Source: a virus. From it: a stretch of DNA of 64,000 bases. How positions within the stretch are numbered: the first letter of the stretch is position 1; every line of letters starts with the position of its first letter. Shown here piece after piece: positions 21,279-29,714 of this stretch. Position numbers and translations under genes: made by a program. The stretch is taken from positions 31,379-95,378 of IMG/VR virus record IMGVR_UViG_3300047546_001496; one strand, written 5' to 3'. The notes under the pieces were generated by a model. The model was not told the origin of the DNA and did no database searches. It worked only from the letters and a program-made list of their open reading frames with translations.

Positions 21279-21385
21279 ATGGGTTTGTAGGGGCTTTGCA
21301 CTGAGAGATATGCAACGCTCCCTTTCTCACCATTAGATTGCAATATAAAAATCTATGGGGGGAGGGGGGGCTTTCCCTAAAAGAT
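21279..21385 (+). ncRNA. Candidate small structured RNA
   Basis: TTGCAA-17-TATAGT promoter at 21244-21272, no ORF, pseudoknot potential and a G-tract. Confidence 0.35.
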
Positions 21386-21412
21386 AAACTTTATATATAT
21401 TATATATAGTAA

Positions 21413-21697
21413 TTACTTATCGGTTTTTGCAATGTGATTTAGCAAAACATCAAACATCTTATCGATTTTTTCATGAAGGCGTTTTCTATCTTCTTCTGCT
21501 TCTTCTGATTTTTTTTCTAGTCTATTAATTTGATCTTTCAAACTGGATCCCCCATTAGGCTTAAACTCTGCTTTCATTTCAGCAAAATAATTTTTTACAA
21601 GAAACTTGATTGCAAAGGCAATACCTGATAGAATAGTTCCTATACCTATAATTATTTCGATTATTAAAGCAGTGCCATCGAATATCATGATAGGCAC
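21413..21697 (-). CDS. Single-TM membrane protein, holin-like
   Basis: TM helix then KPNGGSSLKDQINRLE coiled coil. Confidence 0.6.
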   Translation of the reverse strand: MPIMIFDGTALIIEIIIGIGTILSGIAFAIKFLVKNYFAEMKAEFKPNGGSSLKDQINRLEKKSEEAEEDRKRLHEKIDKMFDVLLNHIAKTDK

Positions 21698-21721
21698 AAT
21701 TATAACAGGAGTTTTTATAAA

Positions 21722-22489
21722 ATGAAATCTGAAATACTGGCAACGCTAGAGTATTCTAAAAATTTAATAATCTCGCCAGACATGGACGGTTTTGTTTCGG
21801 CGCAGTTATTAAATCGTTATAACGGATATAAAGTCGTAGGCACATATGACAAGAATGTTCTTTGCCTTTCGCCAGGAATTAGTCCTAGAGATTGTTTGTT
21901 CGTTGACTGCGATATGAATCATCCAGATTATGTTTCAATTGGCAATCATATGCGTTTGCAAAATGATAATATGTCGTCGAAAAGTTTTAACCCCAATATT
22001 CATTTTGGCATAACTAAGTACAGCGACAAGTTTCCATTTGCTACAGCATATTTGATTGCATACGCAACAGGAATTAAAACATCGGCGACAGAGATGATAC
22101 GCATGGCCTACGCTGACTCCACCCTACGCAATATGGAATCTTACAGCGAGAACATGCGAACATGGTCTGATAGGATGAATTGTCCTGCAGTAGAATATGT
22201 TATCCACAACACAAATGTTGCCAAGGAAATTGACGAGGGTATACGGAACATTTATACCAAACAATCCTTCACTAATCGTCAATATGGCAAAACCCGATAT
22301 ATACAGGAATTGTCCAAAAACCTTATAGCCGAAAATGTTTCACATGAAACAATCAATAGGGCATATAAATATAAAACCGATAAAGTAGGTTTGACAACCG
22401 TAAAGAAATATATGTGTGATATTTTCTCATATGCTGAAGTATTCGGAGGAGAGTATTCTATTACGTATTATGATCGTATGGAGTGGTAA
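21722..22489 (+). CDS. DHH-like phosphoesterase
   Basis: SPDMDG motif I, FVDCD motif II, GNH in place of DHH. Confidence 0.5.
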   Translation: MKSEILATLEYSKNLIISPDMDGFVSAQLLNRYNGYKVVGTYDKNVLCLSPGISPRDCLFVDCDMNHPDYVSIGNHMRLQNDNMSSKSFNPNIHFGITKYSDKFPFATAYLIAYATGIKTSATEMIRMAYADSTLRNMESYSENMRTWSDRMNCPAVEYVIHNTNVAKEIDEGIRNIYTKQSFTNRQYGKTRYIQELSKNLIAENVSHETINRAYKYKTDKVGLTTVKKYMCDIFSYAEVFGGEYSITYYDRMEW

Positions 22490-23237
22490 TTAGGTTCTTT
22501 TTTATTTCAGCAAGAATGAGTTCTTGACTTTGTCTACCCTCGGCTATTTGGTATCTTTCTTCTAGAGTTAAACCCATCCCGTCTCTTTTTAAAGATTTAA
22601 GAAAAGATTGTGCAAGTTCTCTGATTTGATCAGTCATCATAAATTTTTGAAAAACTATTTTGTCATCTGTCAATGCTTGAAAATAAAATAGATCATCGCC
22701 TTCTTTAATTTCAAACCTTGTATTATCTGTAGGTACAAACCAATTAAGTACAGCAGGTCGATACCATCTACCAATGTCGAATTCTCCACTAATAAGCATT
22801 GCTCCTGGAGATGGAGCAGATGGTGGATAGTTTGGTGTCGACAATCTGATGGTTAGAGGTTTGTCTGCAAACATTACATAATTAATATCATATATAAGAT
22901 CTATATATCCATCTATTGCAGACTTACGAGATTGTCTTAGTGTTACTTTATTACCAAAGTCTCCTATTGAGCCTATGCTTTGATTGGCTACCGTTTTTAG
23001 ATACCCTGCAGGAAATTTAGCGCTATCATTTTTATTTGCCTTGAATGTGTATAGATTTTTAAAGAAAGCACCTGCAGCAGGACAACCAAAAAACCCCATA
23101 TCCGCATTATCTTTATTTTCTGGTATATTATTTATAAAATAATTCTTTACTGGCTCTGGATCCTTTAAATACCATTGGTCTGGTGGAGATGGATCTCTCA
23201 ATGAAGATGACCAGTATATGGTAGTTATTTCTCGCAT
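22461..23237 (-). CDS. Conserved phage hypothetical protein (CPA family)
   Basis: GCPAA...GEFDIGRWYRP...GDDLFY. Confidence 0.6.
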   Translation of the reverse strand: MREITTIYWSSSLRDPSPPDQWYLKDPEPVKNYFINNIPENKDNADMGFFGCPAAGAFFKNLYTFKANKNDSAKFPAGYLKTVANQSIGSIGDFGNKVTLRQSRKSAIDGYIDLIYDINYVMFADKPLTIRLSTPNYPPSAPSPGAMLISGEFDIGRWYRPAVLNWFVPTDNTRFEIKEGDDLFYFQALTDDKIVFQKFMMTDQIRELAQSFLKSLKRDGMGLTLEERYQIAEGRQSQELILAEIKKNLITTPYDHNT

Positions 23238-23282
23238 TTATTCAGTATAGCATGATTGAGACTTTTATGATAAACTGTATAG

Positions 23283-23483
23283 GTGGGTGATGATGTTAAG
23301 TTCTCTGATTTGTTTGATCCGAATCAGCCAAGAAGTGATAGAGACTTAATTGAGTCCCGCCTAAAAATATGCAATGGTTGTGAATTCTTCAATCGTCGTA
23401 TGGTAAAATGTAAGAAGTGTGGTTGTTTTATGAAACTTAAGACAACACTAAAAAGCGCAAAATGTCCTATAGGAAAGTGGTGA
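23283..23483 (+). CDS. Small Cys-rich protein (DUF6171-like)
   Basis: CKKCGCFM..KT.L...CPIGKW. Confidence 0.7.
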   Translation: MGDDVKFSDLFDPNQPRSDRDLIESRLKICNGCEFFNRRMVKCKKCGCFMKLKTTLKSAKCPIGKW

Positions 23484-23486
23484 AAT

Positions 23487-23672
23487 ATGAATAAGGAAGA
23501 AGTTATTAAATTAATGTTGGAAAGCATGAATGCTGATAATAGAGAGTTATGTGAAAAGGCTGGAATAAGTTCTGAAGATGCCGAAAAACAAATTTCACAA
23601 AGTCAGCCTACATTGATTTTTATGTTTGGCAATATTTACGAAAAACTAAAAAGCAACAATATTATTGCTTAG
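23487..23672 (+). CDS. Hypothetical protein
   Basis: ORF directly following the previous gene. Confidence 0.6.
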   Translation: MNKEEVIKLMLESMNADNRELCEKAGISSEDAEKQISQSQPTLIFMFGNIYEKLKSNNIIA

Positions 23673-23673
23673 T

Positions 23674-23793
23674 TTATGATTCTTGTACATTAACTGCAGG
23701 AGCCTCATCAGTTTCCAAAGGCTTGGAACGGTGAGGTTCTGTGCATGTGCAAGCATTGCAACATTTTAATTCAGATACTGGTGTTTCGCTCAT
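23674..23793 (-). CDS. 39-aa CCxxCxC peptide
   Basis: MSETPVSELKCCNACTCTEPH...; TGCTATAAT 7 nt before ATG. Confidence 0.55.
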   Translation of the reverse strand: MSETPVSELKCCNACTCTEPHRSKPLETDEAPAVNVQES

Positions 23794-23810
23794 GTGGATT
23801 ATTATAGCAC

Positions 23811-23960
23811 CTATTTATCGTTCATGCAGGAACAATTATCACAGCATGCTTCTTTAAATATTTTTAATGCCAAACCATCGTTTTCTGGCCTACCTAGATC
23901 TTCCCAGAATTTCTCTCTGCCCATATTGTCATTTTCTGAAATTTTTTGTGATTCTGTCAT
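23811..23960 (-). CDS. 49-aa CCxxCxC peptide
   Basis: Manual translation ...EACCDNCSCMNDK. Confidence 0.5.
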   Translation of the reverse strand: MTESQKISENDNMGREKFWEDLGRPENDGLALKIFKEACCDNCSCMNDK

Positions 23961-24127
23961 ATTGACCACCACCCTACCTCTTTGTATGCCAAAGGATTCT
24001 CCTTAAGCCATTGTTGTCTTAGTTTGTTTTCTTTCTTCCAGTCAGTTTCATGACTGTCCCCGCCACAATACTGGCATGGGTTCTGTCCCACATTTCTATA
24101 GACATGTTGGCAATGTTCAAATGGCAT
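23957..24127 (-). CDS. Small Zn-finger-like protein
   Basis: MPFEHCQH...CQYCGG..H; leaderless start. Confidence 0.5.
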   Translation of the reverse strand: MPFEHCQHVYRNVGQNPCQYCGGDSHETDWKKENKLRQQWLKENPLAYKEVGWWSI

Positions 24128-24243
24128 GGATCCATTATACCAAAAATCTGAATTTTTTGTTAAAGTGTATGATGCAAGAAATAAAAATAAAAAGATCAAA
24201 AAAATAGTGAGCACATAAGCCCACCATTTTTTATTTATTTTTT

Positions 24244-24438
24244 TTAGATGTTTTCTCTAGATTTTGTGCCTACTACCCACCCGCTATGAATACCCACTAG
24301 TGGGGCATCAATACAAACAGCATAGCCTTTCGGTAATTGAGCAGGAAAGTAAGCGACAAACTTTTCAACATGCTCTCGGTTATAGAATGGAATTGTTTTA
24401 GTTTCTCCATTAGTCGTTGTTAGTTTTACTTGTATCAT
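24244..24438 (-). CDS. Hypothetical protein
   Basis: AGGAG RBS. Confidence 0.6.
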   Translation of the reverse strand: MIQVKLTTTNGETKTIPFYNREHVEKFVAYFPAQLPKGYAVCIDAPLVGIHSGWVVGTKSRENI

Positions 24439-24557
24439 TTTTATTTTCTCCTAATTTTATTCTATCATTTGTTTTTGTGTAATGGCTTCTATCATAGTTA
24501 GAAAGAGTGCCACCTCTCGCAAGGTGGGCTTTTCTGCGTAGTTGCTCTGCTGAGTAG

Positions 24558-24677
24558 TTAGCCATTGGCTACACACTCGCATGGCTCTATGTTGTAATCT
24601 TGGGCATCACCATAGAAAACATAGCCTCTACCATAACAGGTAGAGCAATCAAAACTTAGTGTTTTGTAGAGTTTCAT
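24558..24677 (-). CDS. 39-aa CxxCxGxG...CxC peptide
   Basis: GAAAGG RBS; paralog of 28494..28706. Confidence 0.6.
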   Translation of the reverse strand: MKLYKTLSFDCSTCYGRGYVFYGDAQDYNIEPCECVANG

Positions 24678-24797
24678 TTTTTATCCTTTCTATTTCACAA
24701 AATACAATAATGGGCAAACAACACCAACAACAATTAGAACAATCGCTAGTGCGTATTCTTCAACAAACATTTCTAGATTTTCTAGTAGGTCAAACAT

Positions 24798-24965
24798 TTA
24801 TTTCACCAAACTTTCTAATTCGTCAATTCTTACACTTTGGACAGTGTATCCATGTTCTACTAGACTATCTAGTAGGTCATTTATTTGAGTTTCATTTAGC
24901 ATGAACTTATCTAGGGTGGTCAATTCCACACCCTCTTTTTCTACTGTGTAACTTAGTTTTAGCAT
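24798..24965 (-). CDS. 55-aa hypothetical protein
   Basis: AGAAAGG RBS, downstream of a PafBC-type promoter. Confidence 0.6.
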   Translation of the reverse strand: MLKLSYTVEKEGVELTTLDKFMLNETQINDLLDSLVEHGYTVQSVRIDELESLVK

Positions 24966-24997
24966 TTTCTTTTGCTACCTTTCTTTTTAGTAATCTA

Positions 24998-25020
24998 ATC
25001 TTATACCCTGCCACTGACAA
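24998..25020 (-). promoter_or_regulatory. PafBC/RecA-NDp-type promoter
   Basis: TTGTCAGTG-8nt-TAAGAT. Confidence 0.65.
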
Positions 25021-25058
25021 ATTGGGGTGTCTGTGGGGTGTGTCCCCTGTGATTTACC

Positions 25059-25238
25059 TCACAAACCTACTATGTCTGTACCATAGTAGTCTATGGCTTG
25101 AGGTAGCCTCATCATACCCTTGTATTCTCTACAACTAGGGCAGAAAGCGTTCCACCCGTCTGTTATTGTTGAACAAAATACACAAACCTTATCCATGGCG
25201 CATAAGCCATTTTTTTCTATAAATTCCATTGTATCCAT
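25059..25238 (-). CDS. Small Zn-ribbon protein
   Basis: CVFC...CPSC; AGAAAGG RBS. Confidence 0.6.
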   Translation of the reverse strand: MDTMEFIEKNGLCAMDKVCVFCSTITDGWNAFCPSCREYKGMMRLPQAIDYYGTDIVGL

Positions 25239-25270
25239 TTTTAGTTTTCCTTTCTTTTTGTTATAGGAGA

Positions 25271-25487
25271 ATAATAACACAGAGGACTGACAAAATCAAG
25301 CCCTGCTTCGGCGTGTCGCTAAACTATTTTTGTGGTGTTAGTCACATGTCCAATATGTCCGAATTCACGTGCCCTGTGGATAACTATGTGGATAACCTAG
25401 TGTGGTATAGGTCACATGTGAGGTATATCACAATGTCCGATTTATCCTATTTATACCCTCGAAAATGTCAGACCCCTATGTTAGGAT
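25271..25487. promoter_or_regulatory. Divergent control hub: two PafBC-type promoters, GACAC site, three CRP-type sites, two DnaA boxes, two 9-bp TGTCC repeats
   Basis: All motifs read directly; see findings. Confidence 0.75.
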
Positions 25488-25520
25488 ACTTGTATTAGAT
25501 AAAAAAGAAAGGACAATAAA

Positions 25521-25754
25521 ATGTCACTAGAAAAAAAATTAGATAAAGTAATCGCTTCAGGCTACCAAGCATGGAGCCATGTTCCACAATTCTACAATGA
25601 CTACAATGAAAAGGGTAATGACCCTACTTGTAAGCATGAAACTTGGACAGATAAGTGGGGCGTATCAACACGCCAACCTTACTTCAATAGATACTGCGAT
25701 ACCTGCGGATACCGAAAGTTATTCGTAAAATACGCTAAGTATTGTAAGAAATAA
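25521..25754 (+). CDS. Small Zn-binding hypothetical protein
   Basis: CKH...CDTCG; AGAAAGG RBS. Confidence 0.6.
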   Translation: MSLEKKLDKVIASGYQAWSHVPQFYNDYNEKGNDPTCKHETWTDKWGVSTRQPYFNRYCDTCGYRKLFVKYAKYCKK

Positions 25755-25769
25755 AAAATAAATAAAAAT

Positions 25770-25807
25770 CCTGTGAGCCTTACTAAATAAGTAAGCAAAT
25801 AATCAGG
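25770..25807 (+). ncRNA. Structured leader module UGAGCC..GCAAAUAA (single)
   Basis: CCTG/CAGG outer stem, TTACT/AGTAA inner stem. Confidence 0.5.
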
Positions 25808-25844
25808 TCAGCAAAAGAAAATCTCTTGAAAGGAGAATTGTAAA

Positions 25845-26054
25845 ATGAGTAAATTAGAAATTTTTCGTATAAATGAAAATGGTGCTGGTTGGGTTGATTT
25901 TAATCAGGCTACTACTAGCGAATTGTTAGATGTTGAATTAGGTTTAATAACTAATCAAATAAAAATGAATTGTTTCAAATGCCATGTAGAAATTCCTCGT
26001 GGTAATGTTTGTGTAAATCATAAAGATGTGAAAGGGGGAATTTACCTTGACTAA
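25845..26054 (+). CDS. Small Cys-containing hypothetical protein
   Basis: GAAAGGAG RBS. Confidence 0.6.
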   Translation: MSKLEIFRINENGAGWVDFNQATTSELLDVELGLITNQIKMNCFKCHVEIPRGNVCVNHKDVKGGIYLD

Positions 26055-26205
26055 AAAAAATGTTCTTATCAGTTTCATAACTGAATCAGATACAGACTTA
26101 GGTGCTGTGTTTGATCTAAATAAAATCTTTCTAGCGTTGTCAGAAAACGATTTGAAAAAGTTTGATGTATTTGATGTTCTAGATGTTGTAGAATAAAAAT
26201 AAAAA

Positions 26206-26231
26206 TTGCGGAACTAAAAATTCCGCAAAAA
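26206..26231 (+). terminator. Hairpin TTGCGGAA/TTCCGCAA, possible terminator
   Basis: 8-bp inverted repeat after a gene end. Confidence 0.4.
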
Positions 26232-26350
26232 TTCACGTCAATGTCCGATTTGCACCTTTTGCGGTGTGGTCTAAATCACACACGACACGCCGAGAAATAA
26301 TTTGACTTTTTGAGATTTTTGTGATAGTATTCTACTATAACAATTAAATA

Positions 26351-26403
26351 AGGGTATGAGCCTAGCAAATAATCCGAAAGGTGAGCCTAGCGAATAAGAC
26401 CCT
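26351..26403 (+). ncRNA. Structured leader module UGAGCC..GCRAAUAA (double, pseudo-symmetric)
   Basis: AGGGT/ACCCT outer stem, CC-GAAA-GG cap, between promoter and RBS. Confidence 0.55.
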
Positions 26404-26433
26404 AAAACTACTAAAGAAAGGTTGGTTCAACTT

Positions 26434-26532
26434 ATGGACTATTTAGACTACATGGACGAAATCTATGAGGAACTCGTCTCAGAATTTGGACACGAAATTG
26501 AAGAAAAGTGTGAGCATAATCACACCGCCTAA
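26434..26532 (+). CDS. 32-aa acidic peptide
   Basis: MDYLDYMDEIYEELVSEFGHEIEE...; AGAAAGG RBS. Confidence 0.55.
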   Translation: MDYLDYMDEIYEELVSEFGHEIEEKCEHNHTA

Positions 26533-26606
26533 GCGTGTTTCAGATTTGACTTTTTGACAAAAAAATGAAATAATAGATTTATTAGAAACTAAAGAAAGGA
26601 AAACTA

Positions 26607-26807
26607 ATGTCTGCTAATTTATACTCAATTGAAAGCCTACTAATAGGCAAAACTTATCGCTCAAAAACCCTAACAGGTGAAATCATTTCAGCAGAAAAAC
26701 ACCCTGCTTGTGTATGGTATGACAACGCTGAGGCGTATCTTGTCGGTGTTCGTAGCGAGGGTGGGCGTTATACCTACCGCACTATCGCAGTTAGGAATAA
26801 TGACTAA
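26607..26807 (+). CDS. Hypothetical protein
   Basis: YSIE.LL.G..YR...GEI..AEK; paralog of 27685..27885. Confidence 0.7.
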   Translation: MSANLYSIESLLIGKTYRSKTLTGEIISAEKHPACVWYDNAEAYLVGVRSEGGRYTYRTIAVRNND

Positions 26808-26924
26808 TGAAATTAGATGAATTCAAGAAACTTGTTGAAAGCCAGCGAGAAATTACTCGCTTGACTAACTTAGAGAAAATCGCTACAATTGTCAATAACA
26901 CTAAAGAAAAGGAAAAGAACTAAA

Positions 26925-27182
26925 ATGACAAACTTCACTTATACAGACTACCACTTTACAGCAGACGGAATAAATTTTGTCTCTCGTATCGCTGACCATT
27001 CGCCATTCTTAGGCGCACTAAAAAATATTCCTGCTGAACAATTTATTGAAATGAATATTCAAGCCGTTCAAGAATTACTAGGCAGACCTTCACTAATGAC
27101 GCAGGCAGAAATTCTCGCAGAATTAGAGCGTGTCAATGAAGGCGCAACTCATTCATGGATTTTGTTAGGAGCGAACGCCTAA
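26925..27182 (+). CDS. Hypothetical protein
   Basis: ATG after AAGGA RBS. Confidence 0.6.
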   Translation: MTNFTYTDYHFTADGINFVSRIADHSPFLGALKNIPAEQFIEMNIQAVQELLGRPSLMTQAEILAELERVNEGATHSWILLGANA

Positions 27183-27373
27183 TGATGACAAGAAAAGACT
27201 ATGTAAAAACTTCAAACATCCTAAAAGGATTTGTGGATGAAATTCATCCGCAGGTCTTTGAGGATTTAGTAGAAGAATTTGCTCAATACTTTCAAAGCGA
27301 CAATGAAAGATTTGACAAAGCAAAATTTGAAAAGGCTTGTGGCGTTGATGAAATTGGTTTAATTCCTGTCTAA
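27182..27373 (+). CDS. Conserved small phage protein
   Basis: MTRKDY...F..DN.RFD..KF..ACG. Confidence 0.7.
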   Translation: MMTRKDYVKTSNILKGFVDEIHPQVFEDLVEEFAQYFQSDNERFDKAKFEKACGVDEIGLIPV

Positions 27374-27684
27374 TGCCTAAAACAAAATTCGCTACTTGTG
27401 AGATCTGCGGAAGAATTTTTGTCGCAGATCTAAAATGTTTTGCATGTGCTGCAAAAAATAATTAAGTAGCGAATATTTTTTTTCCTGGAATTTGCTGCTA
27501 AAAAATTTTTTCAAAAAAAATGACGTCCCGCACTCGGGCGTGTCGTCCACAGGTTTATCCACAGGCTGTTTAAGATGTGATTATTATCACACCCGAATTT
27601 TTTTCTTAAATTACGGCGTGTCGATTTGATTTTACGGATAAAAAATGATACGCTGGAAGCCTAAAAATAAAGAAAGGAAATTCA

Positions 27685-27885
27685 ATGAGAAGTTATTCAA
27701 TTGAAGATTTACTTGTAGGTCAGTATTATAGACCTACTTCTTTTGCCCGTAAATATCAGGGTGGAGAAATAAATTTCGCTGAAAAGCGTGATGATGTTTG
27801 GGTAGGTACTGATTATCAGGCTTATTCAATTCGTTTCAATGGACATAAATGGGCAACCATTGCTGTAAAAGTATCAGACCTATAA
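27685..27885 (+). CDS. Hypothetical protein
   Basis: Paralog of 26607..26807. Confidence 0.7.
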   Translation: MRSYSIEDLLVGQYYRPTSFARKYQGGEINFAEKRDDVWVGTDYQAYSIRFNGHKWATIAVKVSDL

Positions 27886-27903
27886 GAAAGGAAATAAAAT
27901 AAA

Positions 27904-28401
27904 ATGGGTTTAGACATGTATCTAAGTGCTCGTAAGCACATAAATAAAATTGAATGGGATAAGTTAGATCGTGATAGCGATACTAAATATTCTGAGGCTA
28001 CCGCTCCACAATGGAACGATGTAGTAAATGCTGCTGGTGTTGATTCGCTTGTAGATAAAGAAAGTATCTATGGCGTAGATGTAATGGTAAATGTTGCCTA
28101 TTGGCGTAAGGTAAATTCTGTTCATGGCTGGTTTGTAAATAATGTACAGAATGGTGAAGATGACTGTGGTGAATACTATGTATCTCACGCTAAACTAAAA
28201 CAATTGGTAAATGACTGTACTCTAGCGGTTACTAATAAAGACCCTAGCCTAATTCCGCCTGTTGGTGGATTTTTCTTCGGCGGTACTGATATTGACCAAT
28301 GGTATTGGCAAGACCTAATGGATACCATAAATCAATTACAGCCCCTTATTGATAGACCTGATTTTGAGCGTCTGTCATTCTACTATCAGTCCTCTTGGTA
28401 G
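27904..28401 (+). CDS. Conserved phage protein (MGLDMYL..YWRK family)
   Basis: MGLDMYL...YWRKVNSVHGWF...YYQSSW. Confidence 0.75.
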   Translation: MGLDMYLSARKHINKIEWDKLDRDSDTKYSEATAPQWNDVVNAAGVDSLVDKESIYGVDVMVNVAYWRKVNSVHGWFVNNVQNGEDDCGEYYVSHAKLKQLVNDCTLAVTNKDPSLIPPVGGFFFGGTDIDQWYWQDLMDTINQLQPLIDRPDFERLSFYYQSSW

Positions 28402-28493
28402 GACAAAACGGACATATCGGACAGGGCGTGTCGGATTTGATTTTGTCACCCCTATCTGATAGGATTTCAGTATTGAAAGAAAGGAAATAAAAA

Positions 28494-28706
28494 ATGGATA
28501 AATTGGAATACGCACTAAGGCAGATTAGAAACTGCGATTTTTGTGGTGGTAAAGGTAATCTCTATTATGGCAACGGAGAGGACTTTGATTTTGAGGTATG
28601 CCCTTGTAATACCTATGAACTAATCCTAGATGATGACGGCTCTGTAATTTGGGATAATGGACTACTAAGTGAGCCTGAACTATTCGCAACAATGGAGGCT
28701 AACTAA
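28494..28706 (+). CDS. Small CxxCxGxG Zn-finger protein
   Basis: CDFCGGKG...CPC. Confidence 0.65.
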   Translation: MDKLEYALRQIRNCDFCGGKGNLYYGNGEDFDFEVCPCNTYELILDDDGSVIWDNGLLSEPELFATMEAN

Positions 28707-28707
28707 A

Positions 28708-28989
28708 ATGGGAAGTAATTTTGCTAATGATTTGGCTCTTGCTGATAATCTTGATATTGAAACTCAGATAGGAATACACCTAAAGTCTAATCACTACCCG
28801 CCCGTTCCTGATTTCATGGTTCAACCTTGTGTTGAAGCCATAGATGCGGTGAATGATGCTGGGCTATGGGATTTGGAAATACCTATGCCTGAAGGCGTAA
28901 CCTATAAAGGCTTGACTACTGCTCCTGCGTGGGCTATTATTGAACAACACCACCTAGATGCGTGGATTATTGAAAGAGAGGAATACTAA
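28708..28989 (+). CDS. Hypothetical protein
   Basis: HL.SNHYPPVP...IIEQHHL; GGAGG RBS. Confidence 0.65.
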   Translation: MGSNFANDLALADNLDIETQIGIHLKSNHYPPVPDFMVQPCVEAIDAVNDAGLWDLEIPMPEGVTYKGLTTAPAWAIIEQHHLDAWIIEREEY

Positions 28990-28990
28990 A

Positions 28991-29206
28991 ATGGAATATC
29001 TATATTCTGTAACCTGCACCTACGATAGCGAAACTGCCCCTAGATGGATAGGTCGTTATAGTGATGCAATTTCGGCTGTTGAAACTTATCAAAAGTTTGT
29101 TGATTGGGGAACTGCTGTTGAATACTCAACTATCAACTTATCAGAACCTAATGGCAAAATGCACACTAAGATTTTCTATAAAGACGGAAGCGTGAGTGGA
29201 AAATAA
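28991..29206 (+). CDS. Hypothetical protein
   Basis: ORF in operon. Confidence 0.6.
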   Translation: MEYLYSVTCTYDSETAPRWIGRYSDAISAVETYQKFVDWGTAVEYSTINLSEPNGKMHTKIFYKDGSVSGK

Positions 29207-29464
29207 ATGTCTGCTACAATGATAAGCATGGATAACTTTGTATTCGTTGATCAATTACTTCCCGACCAATTACTGGAAGGGGATTTAATTGAATTTTCTG
29301 ATGAATATGCAACCGAAATTGGAAGAGTTATTAATGTTGAATCTACATATGAAAATAATGAATATACTTATGTAATTCAAGGTAGAAATGACTTTGATGA
29401 AATTCTTGAAATTGTTGTTAATGATTCAGAATATTTAAAATTATTTATTGTGCGTGACGAATAA
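29207..29464 (+). CDS. Acidic hypothetical protein
   Basis: ORF in operon. Confidence 0.55.
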   Translation: MSATMISMDNFVFVDQLLPDQLLEGDLIEFSDEYATEIGRVINVESTYENNEYTYVIQGRNDFDEILEIVVNDSEYLKLFIVRDE

Positions 29465-29548
29465 AAACCGCACGTCCCGCCCGATTTGTCCGATTTGTTA
29501 AGAACCTCCCGATTTGATTTTTGTATTTTTTTATGATAAGATTATTTT

Positions 29549-29686
29549 ATGAGAAAGAAAACTGCTGAGGAATTAAGGCGCTTAATGGAATTGCGCCGAT
29601 CTAATGCTGCTCAACCATTAAGGAACAAAAAAAATTATTCCCGAAAGATTAAGCACAAAAAATTTGACATCTCTGAAAATAAATGA
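29549..29686 (+). CDS. 45-aa highly basic peptide
   Basis: MRKKTAEELRRLMELRRSNAAQPLRNKKNYSRKIKHKK...; leaderless behind TTGATT-17-TAAGAT. Confidence 0.6.
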   Translation: MRKKTAEELRRLMELRRSNAAQPLRNKKNYSRKIKHKKFDISENK

Positions 29687-29714
29687 TAAAATAAAAGAAA
29701 AGAAAGGACCCATA

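Noticed and set aside
22200-22208. Isolated TTATCCACA DnaA boxes (also 48252 and 48491)
   Set aside because: Single copies within coding sequence or within the pseudoknot; compatible with chance
24770-24925. TCTAGTAGGTCA-like repeats
   Set aside because: Largely explained by Asp-Leu-Leu codons of small minus-strand ORFs
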